Positions 1 to 10,564 of a stretch of DNA of 64,000 nt are shown here, one piece after another. The notes beneath the pieces are model-generated. The model had not been told where the DNA came from and made no database searches. It saw only the letters and a program-made list of their open reading frames with translations. Made by a program: the position numbers and the translations under genes. Source of the DNA: Candidatus Marinacidobacterales bacterium (GTDB lineage: Bacteria; Acidobacteriota; Vicinamibacteria; Marinacidobacterales; SMYC01); assembly GCA_965237955.1 (NCBI GenBank), contig OZ250169.1:2880001-2944000 (forward strand), given 5' to 3'. How positions within the stretch are numbered: the stretch's first letter is position 1; each line of letters starts with the position of its first letter.

Positions 1-518
1 GAGTGCGCCTCGCAGGCGCGTATATCCCCACGTCGGGTTCTCCCGCGCCACGCGCACAATGAGCTCACGGATGTCCTTCGCCGTCGGAGGTCGGCCTGGA
101 CTCCGGTTCTTGCTGCCATCGTACTTGGCTGCGATGAGGTGGCGGTACCAGCGCAGAAGCGTAGCGGGTGTGGCAACGGACGCAATATGGGCCAGCGCCT
201 CGCGGCCCAAAGCCTGGGCCTTGACGGCGAGCCTGCGCCGGTCGTCGTCCGAGAGCCTGAGACGCTTGCCCCGAAGCCCGGCTCGGAGCACACGGTTCTC
301 CTCTTGCAGGTAGTCGATCACATCCTGCTGCTGGCGGTTGACCCAGCCAGCCACAACGAGCAGTAGGAATTGCGCGTGGTACGTCATCATGGAGCTGAAG
401 ATAACACCCTCGGGCCAGACGATTGTAAAGCCTACGGCCCTTGGCCCCGGCGCAAACACAGACACTAAGCTGCTGATTTATGGCCTATTTCAAAAGGGCC
501 GAGTTTTGGCACAGGACG
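1..518 (-). mobile_element. rve-integrase element (CGTCC-end family), 5' part; integrase ATG near 390, runs off the window
   Basis: Near-identical to 61091-61608; ends in the ~102-bp TIR ...GAGTTTTGGCACAGGACG. Confidence 0.9.
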
Positions 519-597
519 CGGTCGGCCCTGAATGCCTCAACTTGACAGTAGTTTCCGGATTCGCAACAATAGCGCATCCTTTCCCTGGGGATTCGCG

Positions 598-1032
598 ATG
601 AAGATTTATCGCCTCTGTCGGAAACCCGCCGTCACCGTCCCAGCCCTCGCTTCGGTCAAAGAAGCGCTTGAATTGATGACGAAAGAGAAAGTCGGCGCGG
701 TCGTGGTGCTTGAGAACGAGGAGGCCGCTGGCATGTTCACGCGCCGAGATGCCATCGAGCGCGTGGTGCTCGAGAAGCTGTCTCTCGAGTCGACTCGGGT
801 CTCGTCGGTCATGACGTCGCCGGTCGAAGTCCTCTCTCAGGACAGCGAGCTGGGCGACGCCCTGAAGATGATGGTGGCAAGGCCCTTCAACCACATCCCG
901 GTCGTCGACTCCGAATCGAAGGTTGTGGGCCTCGCCACAACGAAGCCTCTGATGAAACAGACTATCGAGAAGCTCTCAGACGAGGTGGGGTCACTCGAAG
1001 CCTACATCACCGCCGACGGGATTGGTGGTTGA
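598..1032 (+). CDS. CBS-domain pair protein
   Basis: VGAVVVL..GMFTRRD, VMTSPV, HIPVVD..VVGL motifs; C-terminus ADGIGG shared with 61854-62288. Confidence 0.85.
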   Translation: MKIYRLCRKPAVTVPALASVKEALELMTKEKVGAVVVLENEEAAGMFTRRDAIERVVLEKLSLESTRVSSVMTSPVEVLSQDSELGDALKMMVARPFNHIPVVDSESKVVGLATTKPLMKQTIEKLSDEVGSLEAYITADGIGG

Positions 1033-1199
1033 CGGGTTCTTTCGCCATCAGCTTGCCGAAACCCTCTAAGTGCATGTTCTTTCGCCATCAAGTGCTAGCG
1101 ACTGCGGGCAGAGGCACGATGTCGGGAGAGAGCGGGTTGCGCGCCTCCGTGAACAGGAATACCTCAACCCCGAGAGCCGATGCTCTGTCGTCAGGACGT

Positions 1200-1290
1200 C
1201 AATGGCCTGACGACGTGCGGCCGGCGTTACCGTTTTCGGCTTAGAACATCCTTGATTGCGGCGTTCTCGAGGGCGAGTTCGGCGTACATC
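1200..1290 (-). pseudogene. IS3-family orfA C-terminal remnant
   Basis: Reverse strand reads MYAELALENAAIKDVLSRKR*. Confidence 0.5.
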
Positions 1291-1332
1291 CTGTGCCTTC
1301 TATTTATCCATCCGCGCGCACCGAATTTGACT

Positions 1333-1581
1333 TGTCCCTTCCATAAACTCGAGCTGTATGAGATTGGCGAACTGCCTACAACCAGGATGCTTTGGTCGTC
1401 TTCATGTAGGATGTTTTAAGAGCCGGTGTCGGCTCTACTCAGGGGTAGAGGTGTAAGCTGGTGCGAAGTCCGGCAGCCGTTCCGAGCGGATCGGCTCAAG
1501 CAGCGCGTCGAGAGTAATAATGATGGAGACCACCGACCTTTGGAATGGCCCTCACTTTGCCCATCGCCGGTGACTCTACCC
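1333..1581 (-). mobile_element. 3' end of a sister rve-integrase element (terminus TGTCCCTTCCATAAACTC)
   Basis: Encodes ...IPKVGGLHHYYSRRAA*; repeated in inverted orientation at 42265-42481. Confidence 0.7.
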
Positions 1582-1895
1582 CGTCCTGTGCCAAAACTCG
1601 GCCCTTTTGAAATAGGCCATAAATCAGCAACTTAGTGTCTGTGTTTGCGACCGGGCCAAGGGCCGTGGGCTTTACAATCGTCTTGGGCGGGCGGGTCGTC
1701 ACCATGCAGATGACCACCTAGTCGAGAGCGAATATCGAAGCGTGTGCCTGAAGCTGTTTTCACGCTACGCCGAGCGGGCCCACCAAGGGGCTACCGTCGC
1801 CGGCGACCATCTACGCGGCACGGCAGTAGTAGTTGAGAATGCCCCCAAGTCGCTCTCGCGACACGATGGGGCCAGCGTCATTCGCGCTTGCCGGC
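1582..1895 (-). mobile_element. rve-integrase element 3' end, truncated by IS5
   Basis: TIR plus last codons (..[12 protein letters not shown]); matches 60180-60494. Confidence 0.9.
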
Positions 1896-2980
1896 GGCGT
1901 TGTTGCACCGCTCTGGCTGAGAGCGAATTCCGCCTATGGTGGTGGCCGAGGTATGTTCGAGCATGAAGTATCCCAAGCGCTGCCAGTACAAGCACGCGAA
2001 GCAGAAGAAGTACCACGTTCGCAACTGGGCGGAATACAACGAAGGGCTGCGCCGCCGGGGCGATTTGACAGTCTGGTTTGACGAGGAGGCAATCGCGAAC
2101 TGGAAGGCCGACAAGACCGGTAAGCCTGGCGGTCAACGGGTCTATTCAGACATGGCGATTGAAACGGGCCTGGTTGTCCGGATGGTGTACAAGCTCGCCT
2201 ACCGACAAACCGAAGGCTTCTTGCACTCGATCGCCTCGCTTCTCGGACTCGGTATCGAGATCCCGGACTACTCGACGTTGTGTCGGCGCTCGAGGTTGCT
2301 CCGCAAGAAGCTGCGGATTCCGAAAGCCGCGAGCACTCAACCCATCCACCTGATGATCGATAGCACGGGCTTGAGGATTCATGTTGGAAACGCTCGCAAA
2401 CCGCCAAAGCAGCGCGCATGGCGCAAGTTGCACATCGCCGTTGATCGCGAGACAGGGAACATTGTTGCGTCCAAACTGACGGCGTCACGAGCTCGCGACG
2501 CAACCCGAGTCCCCGCTTTGCTAACACAGATTCAAGCACCTCTAGTGTCGGTGGCGGCGGACAGTGCATACGACAAGGAAGCGGTCTACGAAGCCATCGA
2601 AGCGCACAGTCCTGGACGAAGGACGCGCGTGGTGATTCCGCCGCAACGAAACGCGACGCTCAGTCAGAATTCGAACACCGCCATGCAGGAGCGCGATCGC
2701 CATATTCGTGCAATCGAAAGACACGGCCGACGTGAATGGTACAAGCTCTCAGGCTACACCAAGCGAAGCATGGTGGAGAACGCGGTCTATCGTTACAAGG
2801 CGATCATCGGGCCGGAGATGCGGGCTCGAACGTTGGCGAGGCAACGAGTTGAACACCGAATTGGGTGCGAGATACTCAACAAGATGGCTGCGCTCGGGAT
2901 GCCCGATACGTACTGCGCCGGGTGACTCTGCAACCGGCACAGGGAGGTCAGCGATTTGCTCCGGGCCGTGCAACAACGCC
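1896..2980 (+). mobile_element. IS5 family (IS903 group) insertion sequence
   Basis: IRs GGCGTTGTTGCAC / GTGCAACAACGCC; no target duplication visible. Confidence 0.9.
1936..2925 (+). CDS. IS5 family (IS903 group) DDE transposase
   Basis: NWAEYNEGLRRRGDLTVW, IDSTG, WRKLH, ADSAYD, Y.KRS.VE..VYRYK motifs. Confidence 0.9.
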   Translation: MVVAEVCSSMKYPKRCQYKHAKQKKYHVRNWAEYNEGLRRRGDLTVWFDEEAIANWKADKTGKPGGQRVYSDMAIETGLVVRMVYKLAYRQTEGFLHSIASLLGLGIEIPDYSTLCRRSRLLRKKLRIPKAASTQPIHLMIDSTGLRIHVGNARKPPKQRAWRKLHIAVDRETGNIVASKLTASRARDATRVPALLTQIQAPLVSVAADSAYDKEAVYEAIEAHSPGRRTRVVIPPQRNATLSQNSNTAMQERDRHIRAIERHGRREWYKLSGYTKRSMVENAVYRYKAIIGPEMRARTLARQRVEHRIGCEILNKMAALGMPDTYCAG

Positions 2981-3006
2981 GCCTCGTCCTTGGATTGCCC
3001 CGTGGT

Positions 3007-5040
3007 CTATTTCGACAGATTGTTCAGCGTCCAGCGGCCACTTATGGCGGTTTCATGAAGCGCGCTCCACTCGTCGTCGGTGCGGATGCGCGCCTTGAGC
3101 ACTTGTCCTGCTTCCGCCTCGATGGCGCCGCCATCCACGACGGTGAGGGCTGACGGTGCGACTGCACCGCCCGGCGATCGTGGATCGGTTCCTTCGAGGG
3201 TGTAGTAAATGACGCCGGCGCGATTCGGATTGACCGCGCGCGGTTGTGCATCCCCACCCTCGGCTCCGTCTATCTCGGGGGGATCGCTCGTGGGGTAGTA
3301 GCCTGCTTGTCTCAAGACGTTGATGAAATGCTCGGCGTTACCGGTCATCATGCGGATGACACGCTCGACTTCGACTCGAAAGCTTCTGTCACGCGTTTGC
3401 GTCGGCTGTCCGACAGGCGCCAGCGTATCTCCCCAGCGTGCTGACTCGGCGATGACGGCGGAATCGATGACATCAACGAGGCGCCGCCAGCGAGCGATCG
3501 AGCTCTCGTCCGTGAGCGCGCCACCGTGGAAACAGTGTTTATTCACGCGATCCGCGAACAGCGTCATGAAATCGCGATTCCGCGTAAGAGAGTGCCAGAT
3601 TCCAATCATTCCCGGGGATTTGGAGAACGCATCGGGGCGAAAAAACTTGTGGATTAACGCCGAGGGCTCAGGACCCGCGTTCCAGCTGTACTCGGTGTCC
3701 CACATGAAAAACAGGGCCGGCTCGGGGGGCTGGGTACGGTGCCCGGCGTACCAGTTTCTGTCCGGCGCCCAATCGTCCAGCCTCCCGTACCAGGCAAGGA
3801 TCAAGTAGTCGGAGAACTGGGTGACGTCGAGATACTCCGTCAGCTCGCGGTAGTTCTCCGGATCGCGCATGTCTTTGTTCTTCAGCTCCCCGCGCAGATA
3901 GTCCCAGCGGCGGCTGTCGCCGGAGAGGGTGCCGTGATGACTCACAGCATGCCAGTCCCCTCTCTCTCCACCGAGATGACCAGACGTAAACGACGCATCA
4001 GGACGCTCGACGGCGTTATAGAGCCCCCAATAGAGACCGTTGAGGTACAAGTGCACAAAGGTGCCGTGAGACCCGACGCCACTCATCGCGATCTGGGAGT
4101 CGCGAAACCACTGGTCGCGAGTGAAGGTGACGTGAGCAGGATCTTGCTTCGCCCAGGAACGCGTGTTTCCCGAGCGCAATACGATGCGGTCGAACTCCGT
4201 GATCGCAGAATCACCGTTCAGTGGCGCATCTCTGAAGATGGACGATTCGAGCTTGCCGGGGCCGTACTCTTTCTGGAATTTCAGCCTCAAGGCCCGCTTG
4301 GCGCTGTACGTGCCGTGGGGCTGGAGGGCGCAATCGATCTGAAACCCCCTGCCGGGCTGTCCGGGATAAATCAGCTCCACCGAGGCGGGCCGCGTCGTGC
4401 CGACCCCAGGTCTGCCGAAATACACGCCGCTTTTCTCGTAGTCATGCCGGCGACCGTCGGGCGTCATCACCTGCCGGAACAGGTGCTCCTTGTCGGTCAC
4501 GATCGATATCGTGGGTATGGACTTCAGTGCCGGTGCGATCTCATCGCGATAAGCCGGGTGATTGACGATCGCCGGATCCATTCCGTAGTCCATCTGCACC
4601 CAGCCCGCACGTCCCTCGATATCGATGATGGGGTAGCCTTCGATCTCGCGTGGCTGTTTCAAGACATCGGCGATAAAAATGTAGGTCTGGGTGTCGACGT
4701 TGGTCGGCTCCAACCCCTCCTTGTAGGCTGTGGCGCGGAGCGTCGTCGTCGTCTCGATGCGGACGGCAACGGGGTTCGAGTCCCCGAGCCCGTGAGTCTC
4801 GCTGGGGGCGCTGCCATCCGTCGTATATCGGACCTTCGCACCCGGGGTCTTCGATCGAACGAGCTGGAGGAAAGGTGCCGAGTAGAACCCGCGTCGATAC
4901 TTGAAGCGCGTGTCCTTGACTTTCTCCGCTGCCGCGGGCCCCGGCGACAGAAACGCGGCGCAGGCGACGAGGAGCAGGAGAATCGGCTTCACTAAACAGA
5001 TCCGAAGTGGCTTCCGCGAAGAAGCCCGAAATAGTGACAT
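3007..5040 (-). CDS. Secreted CotH-kinase-family protein with Fn3-associated domains
   Basis: Signal peptide; YTTDGSAP and YYTLEGTDP repeats; FVHLYLNGLYWGLYNAVER; DW...NW; WDTE. Confidence 0.8.
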   Translation of the reverse strand: MSLFRASSRKPLRICLVKPILLLLVACAAFLSPGPAAAEKVKDTRFKYRRGFYSAPFLQLVRSKTPGAKVRYTTDGSAPSETHGLGDSNPVAVRIETTTTLRATAYKEGLEPTNVDTQTYIFIADVLKQPREIEGYPIIDIEGRAGWVQMDYGMDPAIVNHPAYRDEIAPALKSIPTISIVTDKEHLFRQVMTPDGRRHDYEKSGVYFGRPGVGTTRPASVELIYPGQPGRGFQIDCALQPHGTYSAKRALRLKFQKEYGPGKLESSIFRDAPLNGDSAITEFDRIVLRSGNTRSWAKQDPAHVTFTRDQWFRDSQIAMSGVGSHGTFVHLYLNGLYWGLYNAVERPDASFTSGHLGGERGDWHAVSHHGTLSGDSRRWDYLRGELKNKDMRDPENYRELTEYLDVTQFSDYLILAWYGRLDDWAPDRNWYAGHRTQPPEPALFFMWDTEYSWNAGPEPSALIHKFFRPDAFSKSPGMIGIWHSLTRNRDFMTLFADRVNKHCFHGGALTDESSIARWRRLVDVIDSAVIAESARWGDTLAPVGQPTQTRDRSFRVEVERVIRMMTGNAEHFINVLRQAGYYPTSDPPEIDGAEGGDAQPRAVNPNRAGVIYYTLEGTDPRSPGGAVAPSALTVVDGGAIEAEAGQVLKARIRTDDEWSALHETAISGRWTLNNLSK

Positions 5041-5079
5041 CCATAATTCCGGATCATTAGTGAATTATATCCTTTGACT

Positions 5080-5695
5080 GGTATTGTCAAGTTGACGTTG
5101 AGCGAGCGAACCTATCGCGTCGAGCTGACTTCCTTTGCTCTCATCGGACGGCACAGGTTACCTCCTGCCAGACGATGAAAGCGCGGTCTCGTAGCTCCCG
5201 ATGATGATGCGCTTGCAACAAATGCCGTCCGACGCGAAAGATATTTTGCACGAGTCCATGCACGGTCAAGAATCGTTGCGCCTGCCCAGGAGCTTTAAAC
5301 TTCCGCATCTGTCGTTCCCGTTGTCGCGTCGGTTCGTGCGAGACTTCGGCTAGGTTGTTTCTGTACTGGTCAGTGTCGTGGACGACGGACGGCATGACCT
5401 CGCGGTGAGCGGCGCTGTAGCTTCTCAGTTTGTCGGTGACCAGCTGCCAGGGCGGACGGCCTTGCCCCTTCAACAGCTTGCGGAAGAATCGTTTGGCGGC
5501 TTTCTGATCACGGCGAGGCTGGACGAGGATATCGATTACATCACCATCTTGGTCTACCGCGCGCCAGAGGTATTGGCGTTCACCTTGTATCTTTATGAAG
5601 ACCTCGTCCAGGTGCCATGTGTCACCGAGACGACCCTGCCGACGCTTCAGTCGTCGAGCGTATTCCGGCCCGAACTTTATGCACCACAGTCGGAC
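5080..5695 (-). mobile_element. IS6-family element, 5'-truncated (transposase remnant 5141-5695)
   Basis: TWHLDEVFIKIQG..YLWRAVD, VTDKLRSY, NNLAEVSH; IR GGTATTGTCAAGTT. Confidence 0.85.
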
Positions 5696-6781
5696 GGCGT
5701 TGTTGCACGGCCCGGAGCAAATCGCTGACCTCCCTGATGCCGGTCGCTGAGTCACCCGGCGCAGTACGTATCGGGCATCCCGAGCGCGGCCATCTTGTTG
5801 AGTATCTCGCACCCAATTCGGTGTTCAACTCGTTGCCTCGCCAACGTTCGTGCTCGCATCTCCGACCCGATGATCGCTTTGTAACGATAGACCGCGTTCT
5901 CCACCATGCTTCGCTTGGTGAAGCCTGAGAGCTTGTACCATTCACGTCGGCCGTGTCTTTCGATTGCACGAATATGGCGATCGCGCTCCCGCATGGCGGT
6001 GTTCGAATTCTGACTGAGCGTCGCGTTTCGTTGCGGCGGAATCACCACGCGCGTCCTTCGTCCAGGGCTGTGCGCTTCGATGGCTTTGTAGACCGTTTCC
6101 TTGTCGTATGCACTGTCCGCCGCCACCCACGCTAGAGGTGCTTGAATCTGTGTTAGCAAAGCGGGGACTCGGGTTGCGTCGCGAGCGCGTGACGCCGTCA
6201 GTTCGGAGGCAACAATGGTGCCCGTCTTGCGATCAACGGCGATGTGCAACTTGCGCCATGCGCGCAGCTTTGGCGGTTTGCGGGCGGTTCCAACATGAAT
6301 CCTCAAGCCCGTGCTATCGATCATCAGGTGGATGGGTTGGTTGCTTGCGGCTTTCGGAATCCGCAGCTTCTTGCGGAGCAGCCTCGAGCGCCGAGACAAC
6401 GTCGAGTAGTCCGGGATTTCGATACCGAGCCCGAGAAGCAAGGCGATCGAGTGCAAGAAGCCTTCAGTTTGGCGGTAGGCGAGCTTGTACACCATCCGGA
6501 CAACCAGGCCCGTTTCAATCGCCATGTCTGAATAGACCCGTTGGCCGCCAGGCTTACCGGTCTTGTCGGCCTTCCAGTTCGCGATTGCCTCCTCGTCAAA
6601 CCAGACTGTCAAATCGCCTCGGCGGCGCAGCCCTTGGTTGTATTCCGCCCAGTTGCGAACGTGGTACTTCTTCTGCTTCGCGTGCTTGTACTGGCAACGC
6701 TTGGGATACTTCATGGCCGAACATACCTCAGCCAGCACAAGATGCGGATTTTGCTCTCAGCCAGAGCGGTGCAACAACGCC
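5696..6781 (-). mobile_element. IS5 family (IS903 group) insertion sequence, slightly diverged copy
   Basis: Same IRs as 1896-2980. Confidence 0.9.
5752..6738 (-). CDS. IS5 family (IS903 group) transposase
   Basis: Close paralog of 1936-2925. Confidence 0.9.
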   Translation of the reverse strand: MLAEVCSAMKYPKRCQYKHAKQKKYHVRNWAEYNQGLRRRGDLTVWFDEEAIANWKADKTGKPGGQRVYSDMAIETGLVVRMVYKLAYRQTEGFLHSIALLLGLGIEIPDYSTLSRRSRLLRKKLRIPKAASNQPIHLMIDSTGLRIHVGTARKPPKLRAWRKLHIAVDRKTGTIVASELTASRARDATRVPALLTQIQAPLAWVAADSAYDKETVYKAIEAHSPGRRTRVVIPPQRNATLSQNSNTAMRERDRHIRAIERHGRREWYKLSGFTKRSMVENAVYRYKAIIGSEMRARTLARQRVEHRIGCEILNKMAALGMPDTYCAG

Positions 6782-6993
6782 GAGAAAAGGCCTCGAATCT
6801 CCTGAGAATTCGATATAAAGCCTTTTGAACTGAAACGGAAAGTGTGCCACTCTTGGTTGGAAATTGGAGGAAGGTCGCAGGAAAAATCGTGAGCCGTGGA
6901 GAGTTTCAACTAAGCATCGTACGCGCAGGGCTCGCGATCTATCTGGGTAGAAACTCCAGTGCTGCATGGAGCGTCCGTTTCATACAATAGCGG

Positions 6994-7150
6994 GAGCATC
7001 CGGGAACCGAGGCCGACTCAACACTGGTGCGATCCAGCCCGTAACTAAGCATGGCCCGGGGATGTTTCGGCACTGTCAGTGGTGACACGCGTGAGCGTGA
7101 TCCCGTTTAGGAGAATGTAACGAATGCCCATCCCTGTTCCCGGATGCTTC
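6994..7150 (+). ncRNA. Putative IS110 bridge RNA
   Basis: TACAAT -10 at 6983-6988; 13-bp closing stem 6995-7007/7136-7148; contains target-junction and donor-junction matches. Confidence 0.65.
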
Positions 7151-7157
7151 ACGAAGT

Positions 7158-8561
7158 ATGAAGGAGCATCTGATGAAGCACAATCGTCGTCAACCCAAGA
7201 AGCGGACTTCTCCATCCCTGCTGAAGCAAATCAACGTGAATGTCGCTGGGATCGATTGCGGCTCGGCCGAGCATTTCGTCGCAGTTCCACCGGAGCGCGA
7301 TCCTAAACCGATCCGTTCCTTCAGGAGTTTCACGGCCGATCTTCATCGGCTCGCCGACTGGCTCGCGACTTGCGGCGTGACGAGCATCGCGATGGAGTCG
7401 ACCGGCGTCTACTGGATCGCACTGTATGAAATCCTCGAAGCCCGTGGCTTCCAGGTCCTCTTGGTCAACGCGCGCCACGTCAAAAACGTCCCGGGGCGCA
7501 AGAGCGATGTCAGCGATTGCGAATGGCTCCGGGAGTTGCACAGCGTGGGGTTGCTCCGCGGAAGCTTTCGACCCGAAGCAGCCATCACCGCCCTTCGTGG
7601 CTACCTCCGCCACCGAGAGACTCTCGTTCAGAGTGCGGTAACCCATATCCAGCGCATGCAGAAGGCTCTCGTGCAAATGAATCTTCAACTCCACCTTGTG
7701 GTCACTGATATCACGGGTGTCACTGGCATGCGGATTCTACGAGACATCGTTGCCGGACAAACCGACCCCCATCGGCTCGCTAAGCACCGTGACCACCGTT
7801 GTCAGTCCTCCGAGGCCGAGATCGCCGCTGCACTCACCGGCAACTATCGCCCCGAGCACCTCTTCGCTCTCAAGCAGAACCTCGAACTCTTTGATGCTTT
7901 TCAGCTCCAGATCCAAACCTGTGACGTGGCCATCGAATCGCACCTGCAGCTTCTAGCTCAACGCTCAACCCCGAACACCTCCTTGCCACCGCCTCGAAAA
8001 TCGCGCAAGCCCCGAGTGAACGAACCTCGGTTCGAGCTCCGGCCTCTCCTCCACCAGATCGCCGGGGTCGACCTCTCCCAGATCGACGCCATCGGACCCT
8101 ATTCCGCGCTTCGCTTGCTCGCCGAGATCGGTACCGATATGAACCGATGGCCTACTGAAAAGCACTTCACTTCCTGGCTTACCCTCGCGCCCAATAACAA
8201 AATCTCCGGCGGGCGACTCCTCAGCTCGAAAACACAACCCTCTGCAAACCGCGCCGCTGGCATTCTCCGCATGGCCGCACTCAGCCTCGGGCGTACACAG
8301 ACCGCTCTCGGCGCCTACTATCGACGTCTCGCCTATCGCGTCGGTAAATCCAAAGCCATCACCGCCACCGCTCGAAAGCTCGCCATTCTCGTCTACCGCA
8401 CTCTCAAGGATGGGCTCGTCTATCAAGACCCCGGGGCCGCCGCCTACAACGCTCAAGATCGCTCCCGTGCCGTGCGCCGCCTGACCCAACGCGCCGCTGA
8501 CCTCGGTTTCGCTCTCATCGACACTCAAACGGGCGACGTCGTTCAGGCGGTAGTTTCTTAG
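7158..8561 (+). CDS. IS110-family DEDD recombinase/transposase
   Basis: AGIDCGS, AMESTGVYW, RKSDVSDC (DEDD); C-terminal Tnp20-like LAP.NKISGG. Confidence 0.92.
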   Translation: MKEHLMKHNRRQPKKRTSPSLLKQINVNVAGIDCGSAEHFVAVPPERDPKPIRSFRSFTADLHRLADWLATCGVTSIAMESTGVYWIALYEILEARGFQVLLVNARHVKNVPGRKSDVSDCEWLRELHSVGLLRGSFRPEAAITALRGYLRHRETLVQSAVTHIQRMQKALVQMNLQLHLVVTDITGVTGMRILRDIVAGQTDPHRLAKHRDHRCQSSEAEIAAALTGNYRPEHLFALKQNLELFDAFQLQIQTCDVAIESHLQLLAQRSTPNTSLPPPRKSRKPRVNEPRFELRPLLHQIAGVDLSQIDAIGPYSALRLLAEIGTDMNRWPTEKHFTSWLTLAPNNKISGGRLLSSKTQPSANRAAGILRMAALSLGRTQTALGAYYRRLAYRVGKSKAITATARKLAILVYRTLKDGLVYQDPGAAAYNAQDRSRAVRRLTQRAADLGFALIDTQTGDVVQAVVS

Positions 8562-8605
8562 GAGAAAGGGCGTGACTCCTGAAACGTTCAACCGGAAGGT
8601 CGCGA

Positions 8606-10153
8606 TTGAAGTTCCATTATAAGACTCTTATTACATTAGCGGTCGTGGCATTTGCAGTTTCCTCTTTGTCCCTCGCCCAGACCTTCGAAGAGCGCGGGGC
8701 CGAGATTCTGGGAGACATTGGCAACGAGTTCGCGCGAAGCGGATCGTTCGCCGATTATGACAATGATGGCGACCCCGATCTTTTCATTCAGGGCAGCGTC
8801 CAGGCACAGCGACTGTTGCGAAACAACACCATCGGTTCGGGCAGTGCCACCTTCACCGACGTCACTGTCGAAGTTGGGCTCGACAACTTGGACCAGCAAG
8901 GATGGAGCTCCGCCTGGGGGGACTACGATGGCGACGGGGACGTCGACCTTTTCCTCGGCCAGGAGCATTCCGGCAATGGAGACACCCGTGGCGATCTGTT
9001 CAGAAACCTCCGTATGGAGGGCGGGACCGGTTTCACGAATTTTAGCGCACCGACCGGACTCGACGACGCTGACTGGACTGACAACCTCGCTTGGGTCGAT
9101 ATCGATCAGGACGGGGACCTGGATCTCCTGGTCCTCAAGGAACTCGCGCCGCATGAGCTCTACGAGCAATTCGCGCCGGGGCAGTTCCGTCCGATCGGCG
9201 AGCAGACCGGTTTCGCCGATCCAACCTCCCATGGTTACGGTTTGGCCATCGGCGATTATGACGGAGACCGGGACCTCGATATCTATATCTCAACCTGCCT
9301 GATTGGGAACCGTATTCCGAATACCTTCTTCGAAAACCAGCTCAGCGATACGGGCGTTCTTCAGTTTCTTGACGTCACCGACCGCACGGGCACACAGTTC
9401 CTTCCGAATAGTTACGGTACGCAGTTCGCTGATTTCGACGACGACGGCGATTTGGATCTTTACTTGATAGGGGCCCAAGGGAATCCAAACGCAATCTGGC
9501 GGAATGAGGGAGACGGAACGTTCGCCGAAGTTCTCGGCATTGGGGGAGACGTAGTTCTCTACCAACCGTCCACGACGTTATCAGTCGGCGGGCAAGCGGC
9601 GGACTACGACAATGATGGCGATCTCGACCTGCTCTTTCAGGATCAAGCGGGTCCCGTTGGACGATGGCTCTTCCGGAACGATGGCGACTGGCTGTTTACT
9701 CCCGTATCGACCCAGGAGGGCCTTCGGACGCAAGCCGACGGCGGCTTCGACAGCACCTTTGTGGACTACGACCTCGACGGAGATCTCGACTTGTTTGCCT
9801 CAACGGACGCGGGCGTGCCTCAGCGATTCTTTGTCAGTAACGCCTCGACGAACGGAAACCAGTGGTTGTATGTTCGCCTCAAAGGCACCGAAAAGAACCC
9901 CACCGGTATCGGAGCTCAAGTCTACGCGACTATTTCACAAGGCACGCCCCAGGAGCGAACCCTCAGGCGCGATACCTTTCTGATGGTGGGCACGTTTCAT
10001 CATGACGACCTGCCGGTTCACATTGGTTTGGGAGCGGCCCAGGTAGTGGATGAGCTTCGAATTGTCTGGCCTAACGGCGTGACTCAGGTGCTCACGAACG
10101 TTTCGGCCGGTCAGTATCTGGAAGTAACGATTCCTAGTGCTGGAACCGGCTGA
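8606..10153 (+). CDS. Secreted FG-GAP repeat / ASPIC-UnbV (CRTAC1-like) protein
   Basis: Repeated DYDNDGDxDL; C-terminal GIGAQV..VHIGLG..RIVWPNG. Confidence 0.85.
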   Translation: MKFHYKTLITLAVVAFAVSSLSLAQTFEERGAEILGDIGNEFARSGSFADYDNDGDPDLFIQGSVQAQRLLRNNTIGSGSATFTDVTVEVGLDNLDQQGWSSAWGDYDGDGDVDLFLGQEHSGNGDTRGDLFRNLRMEGGTGFTNFSAPTGLDDADWTDNLAWVDIDQDGDLDLLVLKELAPHELYEQFAPGQFRPIGEQTGFADPTSHGYGLAIGDYDGDRDLDIYISTCLIGNRIPNTFFENQLSDTGVLQFLDVTDRTGTQFLPNSYGTQFADFDDDGDLDLYLIGAQGNPNAIWRNEGDGTFAEVLGIGGDVVLYQPSTTLSVGGQAADYDNDGDLDLLFQDQAGPVGRWLFRNDGDWLFTPVSTQEGLRTQADGGFDSTFVDYDLDGDLDLFASTDAGVPQRFFVSNASTNGNQWLYVRLKGTEKNPTGIGAQVYATISQGTPQERTLRRDTFLMVGTFHHDDLPVHIGLGAAQVVDELRIVWPNGVTQVLTNVSAGQYLEVTIPSAGTG

Positions 10154-10289
10154 TCCTGTCGGCAAAGGCCGAGGTGGATCGTCTACGAGACGCGAAAGGC
10201 GCCAAGCGGATCTTCGAATCGACGAAAGCGTCTCGAGGGCGATCGTTCCCCGCTAGCGCGATCCGTTCTCCGTAACCGTTTCCGTGGAC

Positions 10290-10445
10290 GTCTGCTCGTA
10301 TTCGATCCGGAAGGAAGGCGGATCGCCTCCAGGTCCGTTCAAGTAATGCTCCATCCAGCGGAGCGTCCTCAAGCTGCGGTCGAGCCGTGAAGCGGCACGG
10401 TTGTTTGCGTGTCCTTCGCCTCGGTAGAAAACGAGCCCAACCGGC
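10290..10445 (-). pseudogene. S9 peptidase C-terminal remnant
   Basis: Homologous to 32900-33075 (YRGEGH motif). Confidence 0.6.
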
Positions 10446-10564
10446 TGTGCCTCGTCAATAACCGTCCACGTTTGAAATCAGAGACTTACGCACCGCTGTC
10501 ACCCCGCCGGAGGAGGGGATCTCCGACTTGAGATTACGGGGCGGAAGAGCCACACTCCGCCGCT

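Larger units (their letters stand above)
6913..8564 (+). mobile_element. IS110-family element, copy 1
   Basis: AG core at both junctions; essentially identical to 13428-15079. Confidence 0.9.
6838..8578 (+). mobile_element. IS256-derived MITE (~90 bp) split by an IS110 insertion
   Basis: IRL-like GAAAGTGTGCCACTCTTGGTTG; IRR CAACTAAG|AAAGGGCGTGACTC; 8-bp TSD CTGAAACG at 6830-6837 and 8579-8586. Confidence 0.8.

Noticed and set aside
3739-4995. 418-aa plus-strand ORF
   Set aside because: Antisense shadow of the CotH gene
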